Shown: positions 29,410 to 38,430 of the stretch, one piece after another | Position numbering within the stretch: the first letter of the stretch is position 1 | Layout: every line of letters begins with the position of its first letter | Source of the DNA: a virus | Taxonomy: Duplodnaviria; Caudoviricetes | IMG/VR virus record: IMGVR_UViG_3300020202_000083 | Span: 1-60,495 of that record | DNA: 60,495 nucleotides | Direction: 5' to 3' (one strand) | Translations under genes and position numbers: made by a program | The notes under the pieces: generated by a model | What the model saw: the letters and a program-made list of their open reading frames with translations, nothing else | Database searches by the model: none | Told to the model about the DNA's origin: nothing

Positions 29410-30125
29410 GACGGGTAGCAAATGGACCTGGTATTCCCGGCGCTCCTCTACAGTGGGCCACTGCTGGCTTCCCGTCGAATGGGAAGCTAGGGAGACTCGA
29501 GATCATCGAGCTGTTCACCCTGGCCGCCTCGTTGAATGGCATGAACAGCAGCGCTAGCGGCACTGGCGCCACTTTCACCGACGACGAGACCGAAAGCGGC
29601 CGTATTGGTATCGCGAACTGCCGGACGGGCACGACCACCACAGGCCGCGCTGGCGTCATCTCTCGAGCAGACACGGTGCTGTTTGGCGGCGGTCGGCATC
29701 GTATTCGCTGGGACACAAAAGCTGCCCACCTGAGCGACGGCACGGATACGCTTACGGACAGGCTGGGCTTTCTGGACTCGATATCTGGCGAGCCCACGGA
29801 CGGCTGCTATTTCCGCTACACGCACGGCACGAACAGCGGCAAGTGGGAAGCCGTCACCCGTGCCGCTGGCGTCGAGACTGCGACGGATACGGGCATCGCG
29901 GCGTCTACTAATTGGGTTTGCTTCGAGATTGAAGTGAACGCGGCCGGGACCAGCGTCGTGTTCTACATCAACGGCTCCGTCGTCGCGACGAACACCACGA
30001 ACATCCCTACCGGCGGTAACCGCACCGGTTTCGGCGCTGGGGTCATCAAGTCTGCCGGCACCAATGACCGTGAGTTCCGCCTGGACACGATGGCCTACAG
30101 CTTCGAGCCGACGTCGCCGCTATGA
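29406..30125 (+). CDS. Tail fibre/receptor-binding-like beta-sandwich protein
   Basis: Thr/Gly-rich; FEIEVN...VVFYINGSVVAT lectin-like pattern. Confidence 0.55.
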   Translation: MRRVANGPGIPGAPLQWATAGFPSNGKLGRLEIIELFTLAASLNGMNSSASGTGATFTDDETESGRIGIANCRTGTTTTGRAGVISRADTVLFGGGRHRIRWDTKAAHLSDGTDTLTDRLGFLDSISGEPTDGCYFRYTHGTNSGKWEAVTRAAGVETATDTGIAASTNWVCFEIEVNAAGTSVVFYINGSVVATNTTNIPTGGNRTGFGAGVIKSAGTNDREFRLDTMAYSFEPTSPL

Positions 30126-30469
30126 CCCGGCTAGCCCTCCTCCTGCTCTCGTGCGCGGACGCCTCCGTCCACATGCCCGACCCGTTTAGCGACTGCAACC
30201 GGGTCGAGGTGGCCGCGTACACGGCAGGAGACGAGTGCATCCGACTCGAGGACACGAACGGGCGGACGCTGTTCAAGCTCTCGACCAGTGAGAGCTGCGG
30301 CGGGCCGCCCTGCATCACGATTCACCCCGGCGAGACGGCGTACGCGCTCGAGCTCGACCGGTTCATTGCTGAAGCCGCCGATTGGACTGTCCAGACTGGA
30401 CCTTGCGAGTCACTCGGCGAGTGCTGCGCGGACTTCTACGAACCATGTGGGGGCCCGTGCTGCTGGTGA
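30122..30469 (+). CDS. Cys-rich putative lipoprotein
   Basis: MTRLALLLLSC lipobox-like; repeated CGGPC motif. Confidence 0.45.
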   Translation: MTRLALLLLSCADASVHMPDPFSDCNRVEVAAYTAGDECIRLEDTNGRTLFKLSTSESCGGPPCITIHPGETAYALELDRFIAEAADWTVQTGPCESLGECCADFYEPCGGPCCW

Positions 30470-30551
30470 GACTCATATGCGCGCCCTAGCTCTCATAGCC
30501 CTACTCCTCATCAAACGCAGCCGCCTGCGCGGCCTGCTCTGGAGGTAACCA

Positions 30552-30734
30552 ATGCCGCCATCCACCGAACACCTGAGCCGTACGCCTCGCGTTACCAGAA
30601 CCAACATGACGGCAGTCGCCGTTGTGCTCCAAGCTGTTGCCCCGGTCGTTCCGGAGCCGTGGGGCTACGTGCTAACTGCACTCGCCTGGCTGCTGGCCGG
30701 CGGCGCGCATATCCCGCAACCGGGCCAGCGGTGA
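30552..30734 (+). CDS. Putative holin
   Basis: 60 aa, two hydrophobic segments, GGAGG RBS, directly before candidate endolysin. Confidence 0.45.
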   Translation: MPPSTEHLSRTPRVTRTNMTAVAVVLQAVAPVVPEPWGYVLTALAWLLAGGAHIPQPGQR

Positions 30735-31351
30735 CCGGCGAGGAGTTATACGCGCGGCAGGCCCTCGTACAGCGCCTGCTGGACTGGGCCTGTGACGGCG
30801 AGCGCGGCGTCAGCGAGGACCACCCGCATTACGTCGACGTGACCGAGGGCAGGGACGTGGGCGCCATGCGCGCGAAGTACAGCTCTTGCGGCGACCTTGC
30901 ACACTGGCTGCTCTACCGTCTCGGCTGCCGCGCCCCGTGGGTCAACCGCAAGGAGCACCGCGGATGGAAGGTTGGCGCGAATGTCTCGCTACTGGCGACG
31001 GCTCCGCAGTCCGTCCGGCAGCTGCCAGTGCCCGGCTCGCGCTTCGAACCTGGTGATGTGCTCATCGTGTGGAACGACACGCAGGGCAGGGACGCCCACG
31101 TGATGGTCTGCTACGAGCACAGGCCCGACCTCGCGCGGCTCGTGGTCAGCGAGTACGGGCAGCCGGGCGGGCACACGCGCAAGCGCCTGATGGTCGCGCA
31201 GAACGGACTGCTTTGGATTGGCACCCGCAAGCTCCAGCGCTGGTTGCCGCTTCACCTGGTTCTCGCAAACACTGAAACGGCAGGGGTGTCCCTGCCATGG
31301 GCCGCCGACACCGACCCAGCCCCAGCACCCGAGGGGGAGGACGATGCCTGA
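30731..31351 (+). CDS. Putative endolysin, NlpC/P60/CHAP-like Cys-His amidase
   Basis: SSCGDLAHW...PGDVLIV...HVMV...EYGQ papain-like Cys/His arrangement. Confidence 0.5.
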   Translation: MTGEELYARQALVQRLLDWACDGERGVSEDHPHYVDVTEGRDVGAMRAKYSSCGDLAHWLLYRLGCRAPWVNRKEHRGWKVGANVSLLATAPQSVRQLPVPGSRFEPGDVLIVWNDTQGRDAHVMVCYEHRPDLARLVVSEYGQPGGHTRKRLMVAQNGLLWIGTRKLQRWLPLHLVLANTETAGVSLPWAADTDPAPAPEGEDDA

Positions 31352-31583
31352 CCGCACCCGCGCACAAATTACCGCCGAGGGTTTCCGCGAAATCGACTCC
31401 CGACTGGAGCGGATGGAAACCATGCTCGCGGATATCCGTCGCATCATCGTGGACCTGGCTGACGGCCACTCAGAGCATCGCCACGCGACCAGGGACGCGG
31501 TGGACCGGCTTGGCACCAGGGTCAGGGCGCTCGAGCTCGTAGTGCCGCAGAGGGGGGTGGCCAATGGCAACGGGGGAGAATAA
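31344..31583 (+). CDS. Small coiled-coil protein (lysis module)
   Basis: GGAGG RBS. Confidence 0.5.
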   Translation: MPDRTRAQITAEGFREIDSRLERMETMLADIRRIIVDLADGHSEHRHATRDAVDRLGTRVRALELVVPQRGVANGNGGE

Positions 31584-31899
31584 GAGCCGCCTCGGGCAGC
31601 TTGCCGACGAGCTGGAGGGCATCGACGCAGACGAAGTCACCGGTACGAACATTCAGGCTCTGCCCGGCTCGACCGTTGTCGTCACCACCGGCAAGCACCA
31701 GGCACTCAGTCCCGACGACCTACCAACGAGGCCCGACATGATGATACCGCCGAAGCCTGACAGTACTGCGCCGAAAGCCCGCTTTGCCCTCGCTGTGCTC
31801 GACCGGATTCAGCCGCCGTGGTTACGGGTCCCGGTGGTCCTCGCTGTCATCGGAGCTGTCGTGTTCCTGGTCGAGCGGGGTGTGCGGCTGTGGCCGTAG
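31564..31899 (+). CDS. Protein with C-terminal TM (lysis module)
   Basis: VVLAVIGAVVFLV; last gene of the late + strand block. Confidence 0.5.
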   Translation: MATGENKSRLGQLADELEGIDADEVTGTNIQALPGSTVVVTTGKHQALSPDDLPTRPDMMIPPKPDSTAPKARFALAVLDRIQPPWLRVPVVLAVIGAVVFLVERGVRLWP

Positions 31900-32129
31900 C
31901 CAGTAGAAGTACAGCGGTTCTCTGTTCAGGTCACGTATAGTCGGCCCGACAATGCCGCAGCGATGGCACTTGCCGGCGTCGGTGTACATGGGCAGGAGCT
32001 CACGCTCAGCGTCAGTCAGGCAGTTGCCGCAGACATAGGCCATCCTCGCCACTGTATCACCACTCTTGCTGGACTGCTCGGCGCACTCCTCGCAGATGTA
32101 GCCGTAGTATGATTCGCACCGGCAGCCCA

Positions 32130-32345
32130 TCACCCCGACCCGCCCCGGTCCCGATTGCCGAGGATCCGCTTGGCCTGCGCGAGCGCCCAGCTGGCTTGAG
32201 CCAGTGACGGACCGATGTCGTCGCACTTCAGGCCGGCCTTAAAGAGCTCCCACGGATTGGTGATGGTCAGCACCTTCGGGCCAAGAGCGACGATTCGCCT
32301 GGTGAGCTCGTCAGCCGTCGCCGCGTAGTCGTTGCTGGTGCTCAT
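32130..32345 (-). CDS. Hypothetical protein
   Basis: MSTSNDYA start overlapping upstream stop. Confidence 0.5.
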   Translation of the reverse strand: MSTSNDYAATADELTRRIVALGPKVLTITNPWELFKAGLKCDDIGPSLAQASWALAQAKRILGNRDRGGSG

Positions 32346-33109
32346 GTCGCCCCGCCGCGGGCTTGGCCGGTGCCTGACCCGTCGCAATGCTCGCACCAAA
32401 GGCCGGCGTTCGTCTGGCCCCAGCCCCCGCACGCCCCGCACACCTCCCCGCCCCGCTCGGGTGGCTCGTCATTGCGGGCAAATTCCGGCGCTTCCCTTTC
32501 GCGCTCGGCAATCTCGGCCATGCGTGCCTCGTGCTGCTTTTGCTGCTCGTCAACGGCCTGCTGCCATGCCGGCTCGCCCGCCTCCCCCGGGCTTGCGGCG
32601 AGGGTGGCTAGCGGCGTCGTGGATAGCTGCACACCGGATGCTCTCACGGCCGCTTGCAGCATCTCGGCAAGGCCCCTCGGGTTGACGCGCACGTTGACGC
32701 CGTCCGCTATCAGGCACTGGTTCGCCGCGTGTGTCGCCTCGAATGCCAGCGCTCGGAGCTTTTCGCTCAGCTCCGCCACGCGCGACCGGAGCCGGTCGGC
32801 TTCGGCCTTGGTCCTGATGACGTGGTCACGTAGCCGCCAGGCGTCGCACGGAACCTCGTCTAGCTTGTCGCCGAAGTGTTCGCACATCTGCGCCACGTAG
32901 CCGCAGAGCTCATCGAACAGCGCCTTGTAGTTCGCCGCCGTGTTCTTCAGTACCTCGACCGCGGCGGCCTGGTCGGCGCGGCCTAGGTTGTATATTGCCC
33001 GAAGTAGGGTCGGCTGCGCGGTGCCATCAATTGGCCACCCAGGCGGATAGTACGCCTCCAGCGCATCGCCATAGGCCTTGCTCAGCTCTTCGTCCGTCCG
33101 TGTCGTCAT
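32342..33109 (-). CDS. Coiled-coil protein with C-terminal CxxCxGxG Zn finger
   Basis: CGACGGWG...CEHCDGSG. Confidence 0.55.
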   Translation of the reverse strand: MTTRTDEELSKAYGDALEAYYPPGWPIDGTAQPTLLRAIYNLGRADQAAAVEVLKNTAANYKALFDELCGYVAQMCEHFGDKLDEVPCDAWRLRDHVIRTKAEADRLRSRVAELSEKLRALAFEATHAANQCLIADGVNVRVNPRGLAEMLQAAVRASGVQLSTTPLATLAASPGEAGEPAWQQAVDEQQKQHEARMAEIAEREREAPEFARNDEPPERGGEVCGACGGWGQTNAGLWCEHCDGSGTGQARGGAT

Positions 33110-33122
33110 GGTCGTTTCCTCG

Positions 33123-33719
33123 CTAGCTCGCCTTCAGCTTCTCAATCGAGCGCACGACCTTGGCCATGTCGCCCTTGTAGTGACGGACGCGACCCCACAT
33201 CTCGTGATAAGTCACGGCGAACCGGTCGGCCCATTCTGCTACCGGCAACGTCTCACCCTGCCAGGTGGCCAGGTTGTTGTTGCGCTTGTTGCGACCGTTC
33301 TTCTTCTTGGTCGACCACTGCACATTGCCGGGCTCGTAGTCGCCAGCGTTGTCTTTGCGGTCTAGCTCGTAGTCCGGGCCAGGACACTCGCCAACGTCGG
33401 CGACGAACGTCCAGAAGTCATCGTTCCAGGCCGCGCACACCCGCACGCCTCGGCCACCGTAGCGCGGATAGTCCTTGTGCTTCACGTCGTAGCAACGTGC
33501 GCGCATTCCCTTCCAGCGCTGGTACAGTGGATGTTCCGTTGTCTTGATGCCTGGCACGCGCGCCGCCAGCTTGCGTTTTGCTCGCTGACGCAGGTCTAGG
33601 GGAACACCGAGGTCAGCGCGCTTGGCCAGCGTGCTCTCTGGGATATCGAGTCGCTTCGACCACTCAGAGAGTGTCAGCGTTTCGCCGTTGAAGGTGATAT
33701 AGCGGGCTGGTCTGCTCAT
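33123..33719 (-). CDS. HNH endonuclease-like protein
   Basis: WKGMRARC...YGGRGVRVC...LDRKDNAGDYEPGNVQW. Confidence 0.8.
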   Translation of the reverse strand: MSRPARYITFNGETLTLSEWSKRLDIPESTLAKRADLGVPLDLRQRAKRKLAARVPGIKTTEHPLYQRWKGMRARCYDVKHKDYPRYGGRGVRVCAAWNDDFWTFVADVGECPGPDYELDRKDNAGDYEPGNVQWSTKKKNGRNKRNNNLATWQGETLPVAEWADRFAVTYHEMWGRVRHYKGDMAKVVRSIEKLKAS

Positions 33720-33987
33720 GGCTCACTCGGGGGAACCGCTGTTTTTCTGCGGCGCCGTGGGCGGGTTTTCTCGGGGGCTCCCAGTAACCCGCGCAAGCCT
33801 AGCCACCGCTGGGCGTGCGCCTGTGCTTCGGGGTCCGGTGGTGAGTCGGTCCAGCGCTTGCGGTAGCTCCGGTGCTCTCCCTCGTGGCCATCTTCCAGGA
33901 TGCAAAACCACGCTGTGGCCTTGCCGTTGCGACTCCGGAAAGCGTACGCCGGGCACTGCTTGCGCTTGAACGGCTCAAGTGGCTTTG

Positions 33988-34233
33988 TCACGAGCGTGCC
34001 CCGCGTAGCAGCGCGGCGGTTGCTTCGATGTGCCACCATCGCTCCAGCCCAGGAACAACGTCGACTGCGCGACGGACCAGCGCGCGCAAGCGCTCGATTT
34101 CCTGGTCGCGCCACGCTAACTGCGCCGCGATCTCAGACTTTTCATGTAGCCCCTCCGCGGTCATCGCTTCCACGTGACGGCAGTAGTGCGGTTCCAGGGT
34201 CATCGGGTCCACGTCCGGATAGGTCCTGCTCAT
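33988..34233 (-). CDS. Hypothetical phage protein
   Basis: MSRTYPD start, GAGG RBS. Confidence 0.5.
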   Translation of the reverse strand: MSRTYPDVDPMTLEPHYCRHVEAMTAEGLHEKSEIAAQLAWRDQEIERLRALVRRAVDVVPGLERWWHIEATAALLRGARS

Positions 34234-34256
34234 AGTTTCCTCACTAGTCTCGGCCG

Positions 34257-34532
34257 CTAGCGCGGCTCGCTGTTTTGCTCGGCGTTCGAGCGGTCGTTTT
34301 CTTGGGACGCCCCTGCAACACAACCGTGCGGGTAACAGGTCAGCACGTACACGCCGCGGCGCGCTGGCGGCCCATAAAACACCTCGCAAAGTTCGTCATC
34401 CCGCAAGGTGCCGTAACAAGTCACTGCGACGCCCTGCAGTCCGTTCAGCTCCGCCCACTGTCGGGCCTTCTCCGTGTGCTCGGCGTCGGGAAAGCAGCCT
34501 ACCAGGGCGAGTGCTACGAGTAGGTGCCTCAC
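34257..34532 (-). CDS. Putative lipoprotein
   Basis: VRHLLVALALVGC lipobox. Confidence 0.55.
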   Translation of the reverse strand: MRHLLVALALVGCFPDAEHTEKARQWAELNGLQGVAVTCYGTLRDDELCEVFYGPPARRGVYVLTCYPHGCVAGASQENDRSNAEQNSEPR

Positions 34533-34812
34533 GACCGCCCCTCGCTGTTCTCGGCGGGCGGTTCGTCGGGCCTGCTGCCGGGCTGACGGACGTACGCCTC
34601 CACACCCCGCACCAGCGGTAAGTCCTCGATGTAAAAGATATCGTCGCAGTGGTGGAACGTTGTGCCGTTCGCTATTAGCTGGCACAGCCGCTGCTGAGGC
34701 GCAGCAAGCCAAGCCGCGTACAGCCGCTCAATGACAGCGCGCTTCTGCTCGGGCGTTTCAGCTCTGTCGTTCATGGCCATGGTTTTCTCCCTAGCTTCGG
34801 ACGCTAGCGGGT

Positions 34813-35241
34813 TTACTTCTCCGCCGCCGTGGGCGAGGTGAGGGCTAGCAGCTGCGGAAGGGCGTCGCGCACCGCGATAACCAGCTCCCAATGCCTCCAA
34901 GGCGCTCGCGTTGAGGTCTCGTCCAACTCCCTGAGCGGCGCCAGCACAGCCTCCACCGCCGCCAGGCGCTGTTCAGCGAGTTCGGCACGTTCGTGCAAGC
35001 GCAGGGTTTCGTCGAGGTACACATCCGCCGTGCGCTTAACGGACTGTGCCGCTTCGACGATGTCCCGTCCCTGCTCTACGTCTTCGCCAACTCCCAAGGC
35101 GTTCACGATAGCCGCCAGGCGCTGTTCTAGGGCGGCGATGTGGGCGATGGTTTCGTCGAGCAGCGGCACGTCCGGCCCAACCCGGTCGTTCTCGGCGTGG
35201 TACTGGCGCTCTTCCTTTAGTCGTTCGATTAGGTCACCCAT
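34813..35241 (-). CDS. Coiled-coil hypothetical protein
   Basis: Repeated EQRLAA; operon context. Confidence 0.5.
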   Translation of the reverse strand: MGDLIERLKEERQYHAENDRVGPDVPLLDETIAHIAALEQRLAAIVNALGVGEDVEQGRDIVEAAQSVKRTADVYLDETLRLHERAELAEQRLAAVEAVLAPLRELDETSTRAPWRHWELVIAVRDALPQLLALTSPTAAEK

Positions 35242-35432
35242 CGCTCAACCACCTTTCCGCCGCCTGTAGCCGCTCAGTGTGTTCGACGCCGCGCGTGTAT
35301 GCCTGCTGCTCGATGCCGCGTCGCCACCAGTGCAGGAGCAGACGCTGTCCGCGTTCGCTGTCACAGAGCAGGTCATAGAGCAGCATCTCCAGCATCTCCG
35401 CCGCGCTCAACGGCTCCCGCCTGAACCGGACG

Positions 35433-35732
35433 TCACGTACCATTCTTCACCTCGGCAACTTTCGCCAGGTACTCCCTCAGATGGGCAGCAGCGGCACCAT
35501 AGCCCTCCGCTTTGGCCTGCAGGTACGCGGCACGTGCGTATTTATCGCGCACACCAGCCGCTTCCGCCGCCTGCGCATCAAGTTGCATGGCTCGGTGCTC
35601 AAAGTGGCGCGCCATGCCAGCAATGGCGTGGAGCACGTCGATTCTGCCCGTTGCGTAGGCAACCTCGCAGGCCGCCTCCAGCTCCTCCTGGTTGCACAAG
35701 CGTGGGCCGGCGTACGTAACCTCACCCGCCAT
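35433..35732 (-). CDS. Hypothetical protein flanked by 19-bp direct repeats
   Basis: CCATTCTTCACCTCGGCAA at 35440 and 35729. Confidence 0.5.
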   Translation of the reverse strand: MAGEVTYAGPRLCNQEELEAACEVAYATGRIDVLHAIAGMARHFEHRAMQLDAQAAEAAGVRDKYARAAYLQAKAEGYGAAAAHLREYLAKVAEVKNGT

Positions 35733-36167
35733 TCTTCACCTCGGCAATGGCGGCGCGGAGTTCTCCCGCCGGGTCGATGTACCCGACGTCGTCAAGCTCA
35801 CGAGCCAACGCCTCCAACCTTCGCTCCCAGCGAGCAGCCTCTGCGGCGCGGATGGCGGCGTCTCTGGACTGGACCATGTCGGCCGCTCCGGCGTAGTCGC
35901 AGACAACACGGAAGCTGCCGTCAATGCTGCCCTCGGCATCCGTGCACTCGTCCAGCAACCGCTCAGCGAATGATTCCGGCGATTCGAGGTGAGACATCTT
36001 CACCCTCCCAGTCAGAATCGAAGCCCCACTCCGACTCGTCTCCGTATCGTGCATCCTCTTCGCGTGCCCGCTGGATGCGGAGGTCGATGCAGTATGGAGC
36101 GCACGGCTCACTGTTTACCGCGTAGCAGCCAGGGCAGACCCAAGGCTGGCCTTCCGCGGATTCGAGG

Positions 36168-36470
36168 TCAGGCATGCGAGGCTCCCTCATTGGCAATGCG
36201 AGCCAACACGTCACCGTGACAGGACTGCGGCGCGCACCAGCAGCCGAGCACCTTGCCGCGTAGTTCGGCTTTTGCCTTCGCGACGAGTTCGGGCTGGTCG
36301 AGCAACCACTCCTCGTACGCCGCGAGCGCTTCGGCCCGGGTTTTGACCACGTACCCGGCAACCGTGCCATGCTTGTGTGAGAACGGGTTACCCCAGACCG
36401 AGCCGCGGCCACGACCGATGTAGACATCGAAGGGTGCGCGCTTGCAGTGAACGACCAGAGGGTGCGCCAT
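36168..36470 (-). CDS. DUF4326-like protein
   Basis: VVHCK...DVYIGRG...WGNPF...LRGKVLGCWCAPQSCHGDVL. Confidence 0.85.
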   Translation of the reverse strand: MAHPLVVHCKRAPFDVYIGRGRGSVWGNPFSHKHGTVAGYVVKTRAEALAAYEEWLLDQPELVAKAKAELRGKVLGCWCAPQSCHGDVLARIANEGASHA

Positions 36471-36471
36471 C

Positions 36472-37356
36472 TCAGCCGCCCCCGTTCGCTCGGTTGGCTG
36501 CGTTGACGCAGGCGACGATGAAGCGGGCATCATCCATCTCGTCGCACTGTGCGACGAACCCGTCGTTCGCGTCGTAGATGTTTGGGGCTAACAGGTCGAC
36601 ATGCCACGGCAACGGGCTCTCCTTGTCAGGCCCCACCCTCTCCTCCTCCGGCGCCGCACCCTTGCCCTGCTGCTGGCGAAGGTGGGCGATAACGTGGCCG
36701 AGCGACTCAGTCAGCGTCTCGTTGTCACGCACGTGGCCTAGCTGCGACGAGAACGCCTGCTCGGCGGCCGCCAGGTAGTCGCGAGAAGCAGCGGACCCGG
36801 CTGGCTGAGCGGAGGTACGAACTCCGCACGACTGCTCGGAGCGCGAATGAGCAGAACCAGCCGGGCCGCTGGCATATCTGTCGAGCGCTCGCGTCACAAC
36901 GCCGCTGATGCGCTCGATGGTAACCGGTACTGGATAGTGTGCGCACAGCCAACCCCACACGTCACGAACGGCGCTAGCGAGGGCAGCCAGCTCCCGCCTC
37001 GCCTGCTCGAGCTCGCCCCGCAACCGCTCCGCCTCCTCGTAATACCGCTTCGCAAGCCCAGCCTCCCTGAGTGCGTCCGTACGCCAGCCGTCCAGGTCGC
37101 GCTTGCACTGCTCGAGCTCGGCGCGGGCGGTGTCAGCATCGGCCTTCGCCTTGCGCTCTTGTTCCTCGTAGCACTCGACGGTGGCAATCGCGCTCCTTGC
37201 CAGGTCTAGCAGCGACAGCCCCGACGGCTTTGCCGAGTAGTGTTGCGCCAGATATTGCCAGCATTCTTCGCGCTCGTTCGCAGCAGCCCGCAGCCTCTCG
37301 CACTCATCCTCCAGGGCGCGGACGGAGTCGGAGAGGCTATTCGTGTTCACTTCCAT
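36472..37356 (-). CDS. Coiled-coil hypothetical protein
   Basis: MEVNTNS start; heptad-rich. Confidence 0.5.
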   Translation of the reverse strand: MEVNTNSLSDSVRALEDECERLRAAANEREECWQYLAQHYSAKPSGLSLLDLARSAIATVECYEEQERKAKADADTARAELEQCKRDLDGWRTDALREAGLAKRYYEEAERLRGELEQARRELAALASAVRDVWGWLCAHYPVPVTIERISGVVTRALDRYASGPAGSAHSRSEQSCGVRTSAQPAGSAASRDYLAAAEQAFSSQLGHVRDNETLTESLGHVIAHLRQQQGKGAAPEEERVGPDKESPLPWHVDLLAPNIYDANDGFVAQCDEMDDARFIVACVNAANRANGGG

Positions 37357-37826
37357 CGCCAGAAACCCCTTCCGACCAAGCCGAACTGAAAGCTCGTGAG
37401 AACCACGTCTTTGGGAAAAGGGTTCTTCCCGTCGAAGCTCAGCCTCGGCGCCAGATCGAGCACGTAGCCGTAGCGCACGCAGTAGCTCTGGAACCAGTCC
37501 GCGCCCGAGCTCGCCGGCGTTAGCAACAGGATCCGGGCGCCCCGTTGCGATTCCTCGGCGCACTTCTTGGCCCAGGGGGTGACATTGCCGAACGGCGGGT
37601 TGCAAAAGAGCAGCCCGCTGATATCTGCCCAGCTCTGCTTGAGTGAATCTCGCGGCTCGTCGAAGAACGCCCCGGGCGTGATTGCGTTGTTGATATCAGC
37701 AGCCAGGTCGAAGTCAGGCCAGCCGAAACGCTTATCGACCGCAGCCAAGAAATCGCGCGGCGTGCAGTAATCCTGCTTCGACCTGCCGCGGTTCATGGAG
37801 GCGCCCGTTTTGACTAAGTCGTTCAT
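37347..37826 (-). CDS. Phage DNA N6-adenine methyltransferase (Dam-like)
   Basis: YCTP, FDLAA, FCNPPF catalytic motif. Confidence 0.85.
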   Translation of the reverse strand: MNDLVKTGASMNRGRSKQDYCTPRDFLAAVDKRFGWPDFDLAADINNAITPGAFFDEPRDSLKQSWADISGLLFCNPPFGNVTPWAKKCAEESQRGARILLLTPASSGADWFQSYCVRYGYVLDLAPRLSFDGKNPFPKDVVLTSFQFGLVGRGFWRWK

Positions 37827-37842
37827 CTCACTCCTTCTGCTC

Positions 37843-37934
37843 TCATGCCAACGAGTCGAGCGGCTACAAGTCAGGTTGAGGGGTGGGCCTGGTGGTTGTA
37901 GCGAAACGCTCGACCCGCGGGCATGAACCGCGGG
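37843..37934. other. Long nested stem-loop in intergenic region
   Basis: TCATGCC/GGCATGA, GTCGAGCG/CGCTCGAC, GCTACAA/TTGTAGC, CAGG/CCTG nested pairs. Confidence 0.6.
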
Positions 37935-37941
37935 TGATTTC

Positions 37942-38430
37942 TCAGAAGCCTAGTTCGTCATCATCGCCAGGTTCACGCATGCGCTTTTGGTTGCTGTTGC
38001 CTGACCCTGAAGCCTTGCGCTGCCGACGATCGAGCATGGCGCCCTTCATGCGCTCTTCGAGAGAGGCCACCTCATGGCTCTCCATCTTTTCTTTGACGTT
38101 CAGGCCGCCGCCGAGTGAGTTGACCCAGCGCACGCGCGAGTAGGTTTTGCCGTCCTGTCCGGTCTCGTGTTCGACGACGATCACGCACGGGCGGGAGCCG
38201 AGTCCACCGAGCTTGGCAAGGCTCTGCCCGTCCCAACCGGCGTTTTCGAGACTGTCGAGCGTGCGTTCATAGGTAGCGTCTGTGAAGAAGCCATACCAGG
38301 TGATCCGTTGGCCCTTGTCGTCGCCGTCGGCGATCTCGAAAACGATTGCGACTTGTTCCGTTCCCTTCGACGTTTTGCCGAAGGTCCATTCGCGCGCGAG
38401 CGCTTGGTAATGTCCTGGTTTGAGCATCAA
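37942..38430 (-). CDS. ssDNA-binding protein (DUF669/gp2.5-like)
   Basis: LKPGHY, OB-fold-like pattern, acidic C-terminus REPGDDDELGF; follows Sak4. Confidence 0.7.
   Translation of the reverse strand: MMLKPGHYQALAREWTFGKTSKGTEQVAIVFEIADGDDKGQRITWYGFFTDATYERTLDSLENAGWDGQSLAKLGGLGSRPCVIVVEHETGQDGKTYSRVRWVNSLGGGLNVKEKMESHEVASLEERMKGAMLDRRQRKASGSGNSNQKRMREPGDDDELGF

Noticed and set aside
18409-30125. Diversity-generating retroelement or invertible tail cassette
   Set aside because: No reverse transcriptase, invertase or TR/VR repeat pair seen
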